Shown here one piece after another: positions 39,888 to 53,758 of a stretch of DNA of 64,000 nucleotides. The first letter of the stretch is position 1. The number at the start of each line of letters is the position of its first letter. This stretch comes from Cenococcum geophilum (lineage: Eukaryota), in assembly GCA_050273025.1 (NCBI GenBank), contig CP158636.1:372001-436000 (forward strand). The letters run 5' to 3'. The notes beneath the pieces were generated by a model. It was not told the DNA's origin. It saw nothing but the letters and a program-made list of their open reading frames with translations, and did not search any database. The position numbers and the translations under genes are program-made.

Positions 39888-42823
39888 GTGCTCCATATCT
39901 TGTAAATACTTCTTTAATATAGATTCTAGCGACATCTTCCGCTAATATTTCTTTTATATATACTATAAAGTATCCCCACTTTATAAGCTTATCTACTATT
40001 ACTAAAATCGCGTTATAATCTTATCCGGTAATAGGATCTCTTAACTTTAGCAACTTAATAATAAAGTCCTATAATATAACCTCCTATAGTTTCTCTAGTA
40101 TTTTAATAGGTTATAGCCCTCTATATAGCTTATACCTCGTTAGTTTATTTCTTTAGCAATCTAGATATTCCTTTATTACTTTTCTTATAATATTTTAGAT
40201 TCTGTTAATAATGTATTTCTCCTAAAGTCTTAACACTAAGCCCATGGCTCCATTATATCCTTAAGTCATTCCCTTATAAAAATCTTCTACAAATTATTCT
40301 GCTATGCTTTTTAGGATGTACTTTACTTCTCAATTTTTATATATATCTATCTACGGATCTTCTAGCTGTACTTCTAAAATTCTTTATACCTAAAAGCTTT
40401 CTAGTGTCTTGTAGACTTTTTCTAGTTCCTTATTTTCTTAAGTAGCTATAATTTTTAGATAATTGTACCTAATTAACCCGTCTATATCTTTTCGCAGTAA
40501 AGCCCCTAATGGCTTTTCGTTATTTTATAGTTTAGCTTTTTAACTTAAAGCGTCTGCTTATATATTATCTATACCCTTAGTATACTAAATCTTAAAATGG
40601 TATTCTATAAGCATCTCTGCCTATCTAACCTATCTTTAGTTAAGTTTCTTTATTATTAGGAATCCTATTAAGTTTTTATAATCCATCTTAACTATAAATA
40701 GTTTCTCTATGCCTTATAAAAATGCTCTCTATTCCTTTAATGCTATAACTATACCTAATAACTCCTTGTTATAAATGTTATAGTTTAACTCTAGTAGTAT
40801 TATCTTCCAACTATAGTATACCACTAGGTGCTATCTATTTTAGTGTTTCTATATAAAGTACGCCCCTAATATATAGTCTAATGCATCCGTTTCTACAACC
40901 GTCTCTAGGCTTAGTTAATAGATTTTAAGAACTAGCTCCTAGGTAAACAACTTTTTAACTTTTTTAAATAATTCCTATTACTCCTCTCCCTATACCTATA
41001 GTTCTTCTTTTTTTATTAACCGCGTAAATGGTTTAATATCCTTTAACTATTACGCTATAAACCTTCTATAGTAATTGCAAAACCCTAGGAATAATCTTAA
41101 CTGTATAACGTTCTCTAATTCTTACTAATTTACTATAGCCTTAATCTTCTTTAGATCTATACTAAGTTAGCCTAGTTTAATAATAAATTTAATATAATCG
41201 GTCTTTCTTATAAAGAACTTGTATTTCTTAATTGCTACTAGCATCTATTCTTTTTATAGTCTCTTTAAAACCCATTTAATATATTCCCCGTATTCTTTCT
41301 TAGTTATTAAGTAGATAATAATATTATTAAGGTATACCATAACGAATTTATCTAAGTGCTCTCTTAATATATTATTAATACGCTTTTAGAACGTTACTAG
41401 TGCGTTTATAAGCCTAAATTGCATAACTAATAGCTTATATAGTCCTTCCTTTAACCTAAAGGCTGCCTTTTATTTATCGCCTTCCTTAATCCTAATCTAA
41501 TAGTATACCTATTTTAGATCTATCTTTATAAACATTTACACATTACCTATCCTCTTTTAGATTTCGCTAATTAAGGGTAAAGGATATCTATCCTTCCTAG
41601 TAATACTGTTTAACTACCTATAGTTAATATACAGCCTTAGTTTGCTATTCTTCTTTAGTATAAACAGTACTAGATATCCCGCTAATAATTGCGATAGTCT
41701 AATATATCCCTTTTATAAGTTTTTCTAAATAAACTCTTTAAGTGCTTTACCTTCTTCTTTAGTAAGCTTATAGGTTAGAAAGAACCTTAGACTTATTCCC
41801 GGTTCTAATTCTATCTTATAGTCCTATACTATATACTTTAATAGCTTTTTACTTTCTAGTGATTATAGTTTTTTGCCATACTTATAGTATCTCTTTAGTA
41901 TATAACTTAAGCCTTACTCAGTCTTTTTATATATTGCTCCAACTTAGTACTATACCAACTTAATTTACTATTATATTTTACGGCGTTAAGTATCTCTAAT
42001 ATTGACCTGACCTATAATCCAATTAATCTTTAGATTATATTTCTGTAACTAAGGCATTCCTAGTATTATCTTATCCCGTTTTAATAGTAGGATATTAAAA
42101 GATATCTTAATTCGTCTTCCTTTAATAGTTATCTAAATAGGTCCTATTTTAAGGTTAATAATCCCTCCTCTATAGGCTATTAGATCTCCTCTAAAATCGT
42201 AACTAATAGGTAAAGTTGCTCCTTCTGTCTATAAGGTAAACCCATTCTCTTAACTACTACTAGTAAGATATAGTTTTGCGTTACTCTACTATCTATTAGC
42301 GCTTTAAACTACTAATCTTGCTATTTAACTTGTAAATTTAGGTGTTATCCTTAAATTCCTTTAAGGGTCTAAGGCTCTACTACTAGCTCCCTCTAATCCT
42401 ATAGGCCTTTACTTTTCCTAACTATTAGCTACTTAATCCTTATATACTTAGCTCGCTCTTTAGCTAATACCTAGTTCGCTTTTTATCTTTAATATACTAT
42501 AGACACGTATTTTCTAAGCATTTCCACTACTATTATCTATCTAAGCATTCTTCTATAAGAAATCTTCCTGGCTAAAGTATTAAACCTCCTTCCTCTTAGA
42601 CTTCTGCTGGATGCTATTTATATATATATTTAGCATTCCTATACTATTATTTATCTATTATCTAGTATATCCTTATAGGGTATTTCCAATTCTTTTCCTT
42701 CGGATTCTTATATATCTCGTATATATCGTTTATATATATAATCTATAATAGTATATAGTGCGCTAAGTGCTTTAGGTTAACTCTTAGCTTGTCTTTATTC
42801 TTAAGTTTAAACCTTTATTATAC

Positions 42824-45800
42824 TGTAACGGAACCTTGTAGCAAGAACTACGATAGGTTCGTTAATGGGCTAGGTGTATAGGAAATGCAAGTATAAAAGT
42901 CAACAACGTAATAACAACTGGTGGAGTGGTTGCCTAATAGATTAACTCTAATTATATTCTAAGAATTACTACAAGGAAGGAACTATCTAGGTAGGGATTA
43001 AGGGTCCTTAAATACACAACCGTACTCCTAAGAAAGTTATTACTCTGTCTACTCTATCTACTCTATTCGCTCTATAATAGATCTTATAGATTATATAGAT
43101 TATATAGATTATATTATATAACTCTGCTTACTATTCCTCGTTATATAGTTCTACAGGTTCCATCTTAGACTATACTTATATTAACTAACTAGCTTCTTCT
43201 AACTCCTCTCTAAGTAGTCGTAACATTATACTTAAAGCGTCCGTAACACCATCTCCCTCCTCTCCATCTTCGTCCTTAAAGATACCTAGTATCTCTAGGT
43301 CGTTTACTAGAGGTATAATATCCGTTTAATCAATTTGGTTAATATCGTTACTTATAATGCCTAAAGCACCTTCTTCTTCCTCTATAGCCCGTCAGTCTCG
43401 TACTATTGCTATAATATTGTCTCTTAGTGAGATAATGCCATCTCTATATTCTCGTTGTATAAAAGAGGGGCTGGTTTATGTTGCGTTGGTAAGTCCTTTA
43501 TCCTAGCAACCTTCCTCTTATTTGGAGTGCACTAAAGCGAATATTCGGTCATCCTGTAATATTCACTCTATCTTTAATATTAAATATACGCGACCTATTA
43601 TTCTTAATAGTCGTCTAGTTCCCTAATTAATTTGTTTTAGGGTCTTGTGTTTAATCTAAGGCAGAAAAACTTAAGGGTAATCTTGCCGCAGCGCTAGCGG
43701 AAGCCCATCGTCGATCTGAAGAATCTGCTTGTGCCCTTAAGGCTTAGCAGTCTACCTTTACGAAAGTTTAGCGTCTCTAACGCGTTTATAAGGTTCGCTC
43801 TAAGGAGTGAAAACTTATAGAATAAGGTCTGCAGGAACTAGGTAATAAAAGAACGGATTCTCTTCTAATAGAGAAGGAAATAGATCTAAGTAGTTTAGCA
43901 ACTGCTCTTCTTAGGTCCCCCTTAGGTGACTTATTCTTTAGCGATCCTTCTTTATTAATACTACCTAACCTAATCTCTTCCAATACTCCTATACCTTTCC
44001 CATAGCGTTCTTTAAATTCTCTAGTGGCTCCTAGGTAGTCTTAGTGTAGCCTATCTACTTAACCTTATACTATATCTCGTTATCAATATTCTTATAATTA
44101 ACGATCTTTAATACTTACCATTCGTCTTCTTCTTGTCCTCTATACGTATCTACTTTATAAACCAGTGGCTTAACATTCCTATATACTAGCTCTAGCATTA
44201 CGATGTATTATACAGGGTAGATCTTTATTTTGGCTAGTAGGTTTAACTTAAATATAACCGGTAAAATCCTCTATATAATTTCGAAAGGTCCTAGTCTAAC
44301 ATAGTCTAATTTCTTACTTAGTTGTTAACTCTTGAAATTTTTATATAGTAGCTATACTTTATCTCCCTCCTTAAGATCTGGTCCCTTAGATCTCTTAGCA
44401 TTATAGTACTTTTTTATTTTCTCTTATACTTTCTTTACTGATTCCATAAGGTCTGCATAAAGATTTATTAATATCTTTATTCTCTCTTTAGCTATTCTAC
44501 TCGTTTTCTTCACTTGCTATAATAATAACGATGTTCTTGGCTCGTATCCATAATTTGCCTTAAATAGTAATATGCCTATTCCTTCTTAAGGTGTTATATT
44601 ATATACAAATTATATAACTAGTAATAGCGATACCCAATTATTTTACGCATAATTAATATAATATCTTAGGTACTGCTCTAGCGTTTAATTTAACCTTTCC
44701 ATTTAACCGTCTGTCTATAGATAATATATAGTGGAAGTTACTGCTTAAACTCCTTACTCCGCTAAGAACACTTCCTAGAATACTACTACGAATCTTAGAT
44801 CTCTATCCGATATAATTTTACTTAGTGCTCTATATCTTGCAAACACTTCTTTAATATAGATTCTAGCGACATCTTCTGCTAAGATTTCTTCTGTATATGC
44901 TATAAAGTATCCCCACTTCGTAAGCTTGTCTACTATTACTAAGATCGCGTTATAATCTTATCCGGTAATAGGGTCTTTTAATTTTGGCAACTTAATAATA
45001 AAGTCCCATAATATAACCTCCTATAGTCTCTCTAGTATTTTAACAGATTATAGCCCTCCATATAGCTTATACCTCGTCAGTTTATTCCTTTAGCAATCTA
45101 GATATTCCTTTATAACCCTTCTAGCTATCCTTTAGATTCTATTAATAACGTACTCCTCCTAAAGTCTTAACACTAAGCCCGTAGCTCTATTATGTCCTTA
45201 GGTTAGTCCCTTATAGAAGTCCTTTATAAATTACTCTGCTATACTTTTTAGGATATACTTTACTTCTTAATTTTCGTATATATCCGTCTGTGGACCTTCT
45301 AGCTATGCTTTTAGAATTCTTTATACTTAAAAGCTTTTTAGTATTTTATAGACTTTCTCTAGTTCGTTGTTTTTTTAAGTTGCTATAATTTTCGGATAAT
45401 TATACCTAATTAATCCGTCTATATCTTTTCGCAATAAAGCCCCTAATAGCTTTTCCTTATTTTATAGTTTAGCTTTACGGCTTAGAGCATCTGCCTGCAT
45501 ATTATCTATACCTTTAGTATATAAAATCTTAAAATAGTATTCTATAAGCATCTCTACCCATCTAACCTATCTTTAGTTAAGTTCCTTTATTATTAGGAAT
45601 CCTGTTAGGTTCTTATAATCCATTTTAACTATAAATAGTTTCTCTATACTTTATAAGAATGCTCTCTATTTCTTTAATACTATAACTATACCTAACAATT
45701 CTTTGTTATAGATGTTATAGTTTAACTCTAGTAGTATTATCTTCCAACTATAGTATACCACTGGGTGCCATCTATCTTAATGCCTTTATATAAAGTATGC

Positions 45801-48800
45801 CCTTAGTATATAGTCTAATATATTTGTTTCTACAACCGTCTCTAGTTCTAGTTAATAGATCTTAAGAACTAGCTCCTAGGTAAACAACTCTTTAACTTTC
45901 TTAAAGAGTTTTCTTTACTCTTCCCCTTATACCCATAGTTCTTCTTTCTTTATTAACTGCGTAAATGGCTTAATATCCTTTAACTATTGCGCTATAAACC
46001 TTCTGCAGTAATTACAAAACCCTAGAAACAATCTTAACTATATAACGTTCTCTAGTTCCTACTAATTTACTATAGCTTTGATCTTTTTTAGATCTATGCT
46101 AAGTTGGCCTAGTTTAATAATAAATCTAATAAAATCGGTCTTCCTAGTAAAGAACTCGCATTTCTTAATTACTACTAGCATCTATTCTTCTTATAGTCTC
46201 TTTAAAACCCATTTAACATGTTCCCCGTATTCTTTCTTAGTTATTAAGTAGATAATAATATTATTAAGATATACCATAACAAATTTATCTAAGTATTCTC
46301 CTAATATATTGTTAATATGCTTCTAAAACGTTGCTGGTGCGTTTATAAGCCTAAATTGCATAACTAATAGTTTATACAGTCCTTCCTTTAATCTAAAGGC
46401 TGCCTTCTATTTATCGCCTTCCTTAATCCTAATCTAATAATACGCCTATCTCAGATCTATCTTTATAAAGATTTGCGCATTACCTATCCTGTCTTAAATT
46501 TCGCTAATTAAGGGTAAAGGATACCTATCCTTCCTAGTAATGCTATTTAACTGTCTATAGTTAATACACAGCCTTAGTTTACCATTCTTCTTTAGTACGA
46601 ATAGTACTAAATAACCTACTAATAACTGCGATGGTCTAATGTATCCCTTTTATAGATTTTCCTAGACAAACTCTTTTAACGCTCTACCCTCTTCTTTAGT
46701 AAGCTTATAGATTAGAAAGAACCTTAGACTTATTCCTAGTTCCAACTCTATTTTATAGTCCCATACTATATATTCTAACAGTTTTTCACTTTTCGGTGAC
46801 TATAGTTTCTTGCCGTACTTATAGTATCTCTTTAGTATATAGCTTAGTCCTTTTTCTATTTCTTTATAGGTTGCTCCTACTTAGTACTATACCAACTTAG
46901 CTTATTATCGCATCTTATGGCGTTAAGTATCTTTAATATTGACCTAACCTATAATCCAATCAATTCTTAGATTATATTCCTGTAACTAAGGTATATCTAA
47001 TACTGCCTCGTCCCGTCCCAATAGTAGGATATTAAAAGACATCTCAATTTATCTTCCTTTAATAGTTATCTAAATAGGTCCTGTTTTAAGATTAATAATC
47101 CCTTCTCTATAGGTTATTAGATCTCCTAAAATTATAACTAATAGGTAAGGTTGCTTTTTTTATCTATAAGGTAGCCCCATTCTTTTAACTACTACTAGTA
47201 AGATATAGTTTCGCGTTACTCCACTATCTATTAGCGCTTTAAACTGCTAATCTTACCAATTAATCCGTAAATTTAGGTGTTGTCCTTAAATTCCTTTAAA
47301 GGTCTAAGGCTCTACTACTAGCTCCCTTTAGTCCTATAGGCCTCTACTTTTCCTAACTATTAGCTACTTAATCCTAGTGCACTTGGCTCGTTTTTTAGCC
47401 AATACCTAGTTCGCTTTTTATCTTCAATATACTATAGATATATATTTTCTAGGTATTCCCACTACTGTTGTCCGTCTAAGCATTCTTCCGTAAGGAACCT
47501 TCCTGGTTAAAGTACTAAACTTCCTTCCTCTTAGATTTCTATTGGATGCCATCCATATATATATTTAGCATTCCTATACTATTGCTTATCCGTCATCTAG
47601 TATATCCTTATAGAGTATTTCTAATTCTTTTCTTTTAGATTCTTATACATTTTATATATATCGTCCACGCACGCAATCTATAATATCGTGTAGTGTGCTA
47701 GGTGCTTTAGGTCAACTCTTAGCTCGTCTTTACCCTTAAGTTTAAACCTTTATCATACTAATCTAAACGTTGCGATTTTATTCGTAGGTACTAAGATGCG
47801 CCTCTCACTTCTCTAGTCCTCTAAACGTTCCTTTAGATCCTTTAACATTATAATTAAGGCTCCTTTAATATGTATCATGGCCTTCTCTATAATTAGATAG
47901 TCCTAAATAACCTTTTCATCCAACCACATATAGAAATCTTCCCACTTATTATTGCGTCGTTGCCTATACCACTTTTAGTATAGCTGCTGGAGTATATACG
48001 GTCTATCCATAAGGAAATATCTCTTTATTACTGCGTCGTGATAGCCTTTAGTATGTCGTTCCTCGAACCTAGTAGGAATCCCTAAATCCTCTTCTTATTC
48101 CAGTTTAGTAAGCTACTTAGCTCTTAGTATACCTACTCTCAGCCTATTAGTAATTCTTCGTACTAGTGCTCTATCCTTTATACGTCCTAATATACTAGAT
48201 CTTTTATCTAGTTTCTATTCTTACTACGCGATAATTCTTTATCTAAATTCTTCCATGGTTTCTTTTAGTTTACGCCTTACGCTCTAATCCTTAAAGTTAT
48301 CTTACTTCTTAATCCTAATATTGGCTTTTTAATCTTTAGTCTAAACACTTCGTTTAACTAGTAAATCCTCTAGGTCTATATATTCGTCTCCTAGTTTAAT
48401 TACTATTTATGCCGCAGATTCTCTAATCTATAAAGAAGCTCCTAGCCTCTTATCTATAGGTGTCCTAATTTATACCCCAAATTCTTAACCCCTTAGGTTC
48501 TTTAATCCCGAGCTTACTTCTGACCTAAGCTTAGCCCCTACCTTAGTCCAACTAGGCTTAACTAGTGTCCTTATCTCGTCTTAAGAGTCCTAAATCTTAC
48601 TCATCTCATCTTAAAAATCTTATACTGTTAGGAATTCTTGTCCTAAGCTTATTCGTATATCTTTAAACTAAGCCGCTACTCTACTCCATCGGTTTCTATC
48701 CATTATAGGTTCTTAAGCTTACCTTATCTCATCTTAAGAATCTTAGTCGTCTTTTATCTCATCTTAAGAATCTTAAGCCTTTAGCCTTTTGCCTTTATTA

Positions 48801-50771
48801 AGTGCCGAAGTAGTTCGCTGTCCTACTTCTCTTACGTCTCGCGAAGCGATAGACATTGTATCTAGTGGGGTTTTAATCCCTACTAATATTCCTTATTCTA
48901 TAATAGAATCATCCTCTACCTCTAGTATAACATCTCTAAGGTCTACTCGCTCCTAGTAAGCGGCCCTTATTGCCTTATCGTTACAGAATATTTCGCCTAG
49001 GTCGAATTTATCGTCCTTAATATCCGATCTGCGAACTAGTTTATTGGTTCCTCTACATCCTATAGGTACTAGCTCTTGTGGCCAATAGCTTACGCCGTAC
49101 TTAGCGTTCTTATAAATTTGGCATGCGTTGTTATAACAAAACGCAAAACTTCTAATTAAACACTCTTTTATTCCTTATAGTATATTATTATTCCTTTATA
49201 CGTATATATCGTCTGCTAGTCTTATACCTTTTACTATATAGTAACTCTGCCTACTTCTATAGTCTCTAATATAATAACCCTGTTTTCCGCAATTTATATA
49301 AGCTTCTTCTTTAAACTATTTTTCTTATTATAGAGTCCGCCTAAATGTCTTCTGCTATTAAGATCCCTAATTTAGCCTTTACTCCTTAAACCTTTAATTA
49401 CTTAATCCTTATCCTCTAGGTTTCTATAGTTTACTCCATCTCTTATAGGCTTCTTTAGTACCACTTAGGTCTATTAGCTCTACGCCATACCATAGTTTCT
49501 AACTTAGCTTTTATTGTTATGTACTCTACGCCTTATATAACTATAGAATTCTATCCTAGCCTCTCTTAGCCTATTCCCTTTAGTAGATCCAATTGTTAAT
49601 CTTAATTACCTAATCTATTAGTTCCCTTAGGGTATCCGCATCTTCTATTAGGATAATTACGTCCTGGACTTTAGCCTTAAGTCCCTGTTTATACTGTACT
49701 ATAAGCGCCCTATTATTCCACTCTACTTATATTACTAGTGTCTGGAACTATATCGTATACTTAATTACTAAAGTTCGTTGTATAAGGTTCTGGAGTTTTC
49801 TTTCTGCTATAGTTGTTTCTTCTAGGTCTCTAAATATCTATATTAGTTATTCTGCGAATCCTTCCCAACTTAAGAACATAAATCGCACGTCTTAGTTAGT
49901 GGTTGTCATTCCGTTTACCTATATCTCTATAAGGTAAGGTTTAAACCACTTAAGTGCTTTTCCTAATAAGAATAGTCCTGCATAGGCTATCCGATCTATA
50001 GGTATAGGTAACTTTACTCCCTCCTGTAAGACCTTAAAGTGCATCTATATAAGGAATCCTTTAAGCTTTAACCTCTCTCCTATAAATCTCTCAATTAATA
50101 ATAGCTTAATCTTTGCTACTCCTATCCCATTAAGTCTTTCTTCCAACACTATATTATTAGCTATTAGCTAGTTAACTATTTCCTATAGCTGTCCGACCGT
50201 CACAGGTTGCTGTAAGTTAGTATCCGCTATACTAGTGTCACTTCCTGTCCTTAAAGTAGTTGCTACTGTCAACGGCGTTATAGTGGCTGCTTTTAGTGGC
50301 ATATTGTTTAACTTCTTATATTAATACTATAACCGGGTAGTAATTATATAACGGAACCTTATAGCAAAAACTATAATAGGTTCGTTAATAGGCTAGGTAT
50401 ATAGGAAATGTAAGTACAAAAGTCAACAACGTAATAATAACTAGTAGAGTGGTTGCCTAATAGATTAACTCTAATTATATTCTGAGAATTACTATAAAGA
50501 AGGAACTATCTAGGTAGGGATTAAGGGTCCTTAAATACACAACCGTACTCCTAAGAAAGTTGTTACTCTATCTACTCTGTCTACTCTATTCGCTCTATAA
50601 TAGATCTTATAGATTATACAGATTATATAGATTATATTACATGACTCTGCTTACTATTCCTTGTTATATAGTTCCACGGGTTCCATCCTAGACTATGCTT
50701 ATATTAACCAACTAGCTTCTTCTAACTCCTCTCCAAGTAGTCGTAATATTGTACTTAAAGCGTCTGTAACA
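42824..50771 (-). mobile_element. Family A copy A3, full length with both LTRs (42824-43248, 50347-50771)
   Basis: TSD TATAC on both sides; gag ATG at 50302; RT VYLDDIII ~46252-46277; A2 sequence resumes after it. Confidence 0.95.
43357..44005 (+). pseudogene. Antisense accessory ORF of A3 (~197 aa; inferred intron 43586-43640)
   Basis: ATG 43357; six-Cys exon 1; 55-bp frame-shifting segment ending CTAAT..TTTTAG; coiled-coil exon 2; TAG 44003-05. Homologues at ~30617-31290 and ~38107-38755. Confidence 0.7.
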
Positions 50772-53758
50772 TATACTAATCTAAATGTTATAACTTTATT
50801 TATAGGTACTAAAATGCGTCTCTTACTTTTCTAGTCCTCTAATCGTTTCTTTAGATCCTTTAACGTTATAATTAAGGCCCCTTTAATATAAGTTATAGCC
50901 TTTTCGGTATTCGGGTAGTCTTAGATAACTTTTTTATCTAACTATATATAGAAATCTTCCCACTTATCATTATATCGCTGCCTATACCACTTTTAGTATA
51001 GCTATTAAAGTGTATATAGCTTATCCGTAAGGAAGTATCTTCTTATTACTGCGTTATAATAGCCCTTTATATATCGTTTTTTAAATCTAGTAGGAATTCC
51101 TAAATCCTCTTCATTTTTTAGTTCGGTAAGCCACTTAGCTCTTAATATGCCTATTAATAATTCTTTATACTAGCGCTCTGTCCCTTATACGTTCTAATAT
51201 ACTAAATCTCTTATCTAGTTTCTATTCTTACTATATGATAATTCTTTGCCTAAACTTTTCTATGGTTTCTTTTAGTTTATATCTTATAGATTAATCCTTA
51301 AAGTCTTCTTACTTCTTAATCTTAATATTAACTTTTTAATCTTTAGGCTAAACACTATATTCCCCTAGTAAGTTTTCTAAGTCTATATATCTATCTCCTA
51401 GTCTAATTACTATTTACACTGCGGATTCTCTAGTCCGTAAAAAAGCCTCTTGCCTCTTATTTATAGGTGTCCTTATTTATACTCTAAATTCTTAACCCTT
51501 TAGATTCTTTAATCCTAAGCTTACTTCTAACTTAAGCTTTACCCCAGCCTTAGTCTAACTAGGCTTACTTAGTATTCTCATCTCGTTTTAAGAATCTTAA
51601 ATTTTACTTATTTTATCTTAAGAGTCTTATACCTTTAGGAAACTTTATCCTAAGCTTATTTATATATTACTAAACTAAGCTATTACTCTGCTTTATCGGT
51701 TATCGTCTATTATAGGTCCTTAAGCTTACCTCATCTTATCTTAAAAGTCTTAGTTATCTTATATCTCGTCTTAAGAATCTTAAGCTTATAGCCTTTTACC
51801 TTTACTAAGTGCCGAAGTAGCTCGCTATCTTACTTCTTTTATATCTTGTAAAGCGATAAACACCATATCTAGTAGGGTCTTAATCCCTACTAATATTCCC
51901 TATTCTATAGTGGAATTATTCTCTACCTCTAGTATAACATCTCTAATAGCTACGTATTCCTAGTAAACCGCCTTTATTACCTTATTATTACGAAATGTTT
52001 TACCTATATTAAATTTATCGTCCTTAATATCCGATCTGCGAACTAGTTTATTAGTTCCTTTATATTCTGCTAAATATAGCTCTTACGGCCAATAGCTTAC
52101 GCCGTACTTAATATCCTTATAAATTTAGCATACGTTATTATAACAAAACGTAAAACTTCTAATTAAATATTCTTTTATTCCTTGCAGTATATTATTGTCC
52201 CTTTATACGTATATATCGTCTACTAGTCTTATCCCTTTTACTATATAGTAACTCTACCTACTTCTATAGTCTCTAATATAATAACCTTATTTTCCGCAAT
52301 TTATATAAGCCCCTTTTTTAAACCATTTTTCTTACTATAGAGTCCGCCTAAATGTCTTCTGCTGTTAAGATCCCTAATTTGGCCTTTACTCCTTAGACCT
52401 TTAATTACTTAATCCTTATCCTCTAGGTTTCTATAGTTGTTTACTCCATCTTTTATAGGCTTCTTTAGTACTACTTAGGTCTATTAGCTCTACGCTATAC
52501 TATAGTTTTTAGCTTAGCTTTAGTCGTTACGGACTTTACGCCTTATATAACTATAAAACTCTATCCTAACCTCTTTTAGCATATTCCCTTTAGTAAATCT
52601 AATTGTTAATCTTAATTACCTAATCTATTAGTTCCCTTAGGGTGTCCGTATCTTCTATTAGGATAATCACGTCCTAGACGTTAGTCTTAAGTCCCTATTT
52701 ATACTATGCTATAAGCGCCCTATTATTCCACTCTACTTACATTACTAATATTTAAAACTATATTATATACTTAATTACTAAGGTTCGTTATATAATATCT
52801 TAGAGTTTTCTTTCTACCGTAGTTACTGCCTTTAAGTCTCTAAACATTTATATAAGTCGCTCCGTAAATCTATTCCAGCTTAAGAATATAAACTATACCT
52901 CTTAGTTTATTATTATTATTCCATTTACCTAGATTTCTATAAGGTAAAGCTTAAACCATTTAAGTGCTCTTCCTATTAAGAACAATCCTATATACGCTAT
53001 TTAATCTATAGGTATTGCTAGCTTTACTCCCTCTTACGTAACCTTAAAGTATATCTGCGTAAGGAATCCTTTAAGCTTCGCCTTTTCTTCTAAGAATCTT
53101 TTAATTAATGGTAACTTAACCTTTGCTGCGCCTATCCCGTTAATCCTATTTTCCAATATCGCATTATTTTCTATTAGCTAGTTAACTATCTCTTATAGTT
53201 ATTTAACTGTTATAGGTTGCTATAAGTTAGTGTCTGCTATACTAGTGTCGTTACCTAACCTCGATGTAGTTGCCGCCGTTAATGGCGTTATAGTGGCTGC
53301 TTTTAGTGGCATGTTGTTTAACTTTCTATATTTAATACTGTAATTAGGTAGTAATTATATAACGGAACCTTGTAGCAAGAACTATAATAAGCTTATTAAT
53401 AGGCTAGGTGTGTAGGTAATGCAAACTAAAGTTAATAATATAATAATAACTGGTGGAGTAGTTACCTAATAAGAATTACTATAAGGAAGGAACTATCTAG
53501 GTAGGGACTAAGGGTCCTTAAATACACAACCGTACTCCTATAAAATCCTTCTTATACGTAATATACGTCTTATATATAAGGTATATAAGTTCCTCCTATA
53601 CTTCTTATTTAATACGTAGCACATTATATAACTTTAGTTACTATTTCTCGTTATATAGTTCTACCGGCTCTATCCTAGACCGTACTTAAATTAACCAACT
53701 AGCTTCTTCCGTCTCTTCTCCTAGTAGTTATAACATTGTACTTAAAGCGTCCATAATA

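Larger units (their letters stand above)
37576..53758 (-). mobile_element. Family A copy A2 (5' LTR 53358-53758), hosting a solo LTR and copy A3
   Basis: Internal sequence colinear with A1 over 37999-39579, 39888-42823 and 50772-53357. Confidence 0.9.

Noticed and set aside
43786..43983. 65-aa minus-strand ORF
   Set aside because: Shadow frame opposite the antisense accessory ORF, overlapping the pol end; no independent support.
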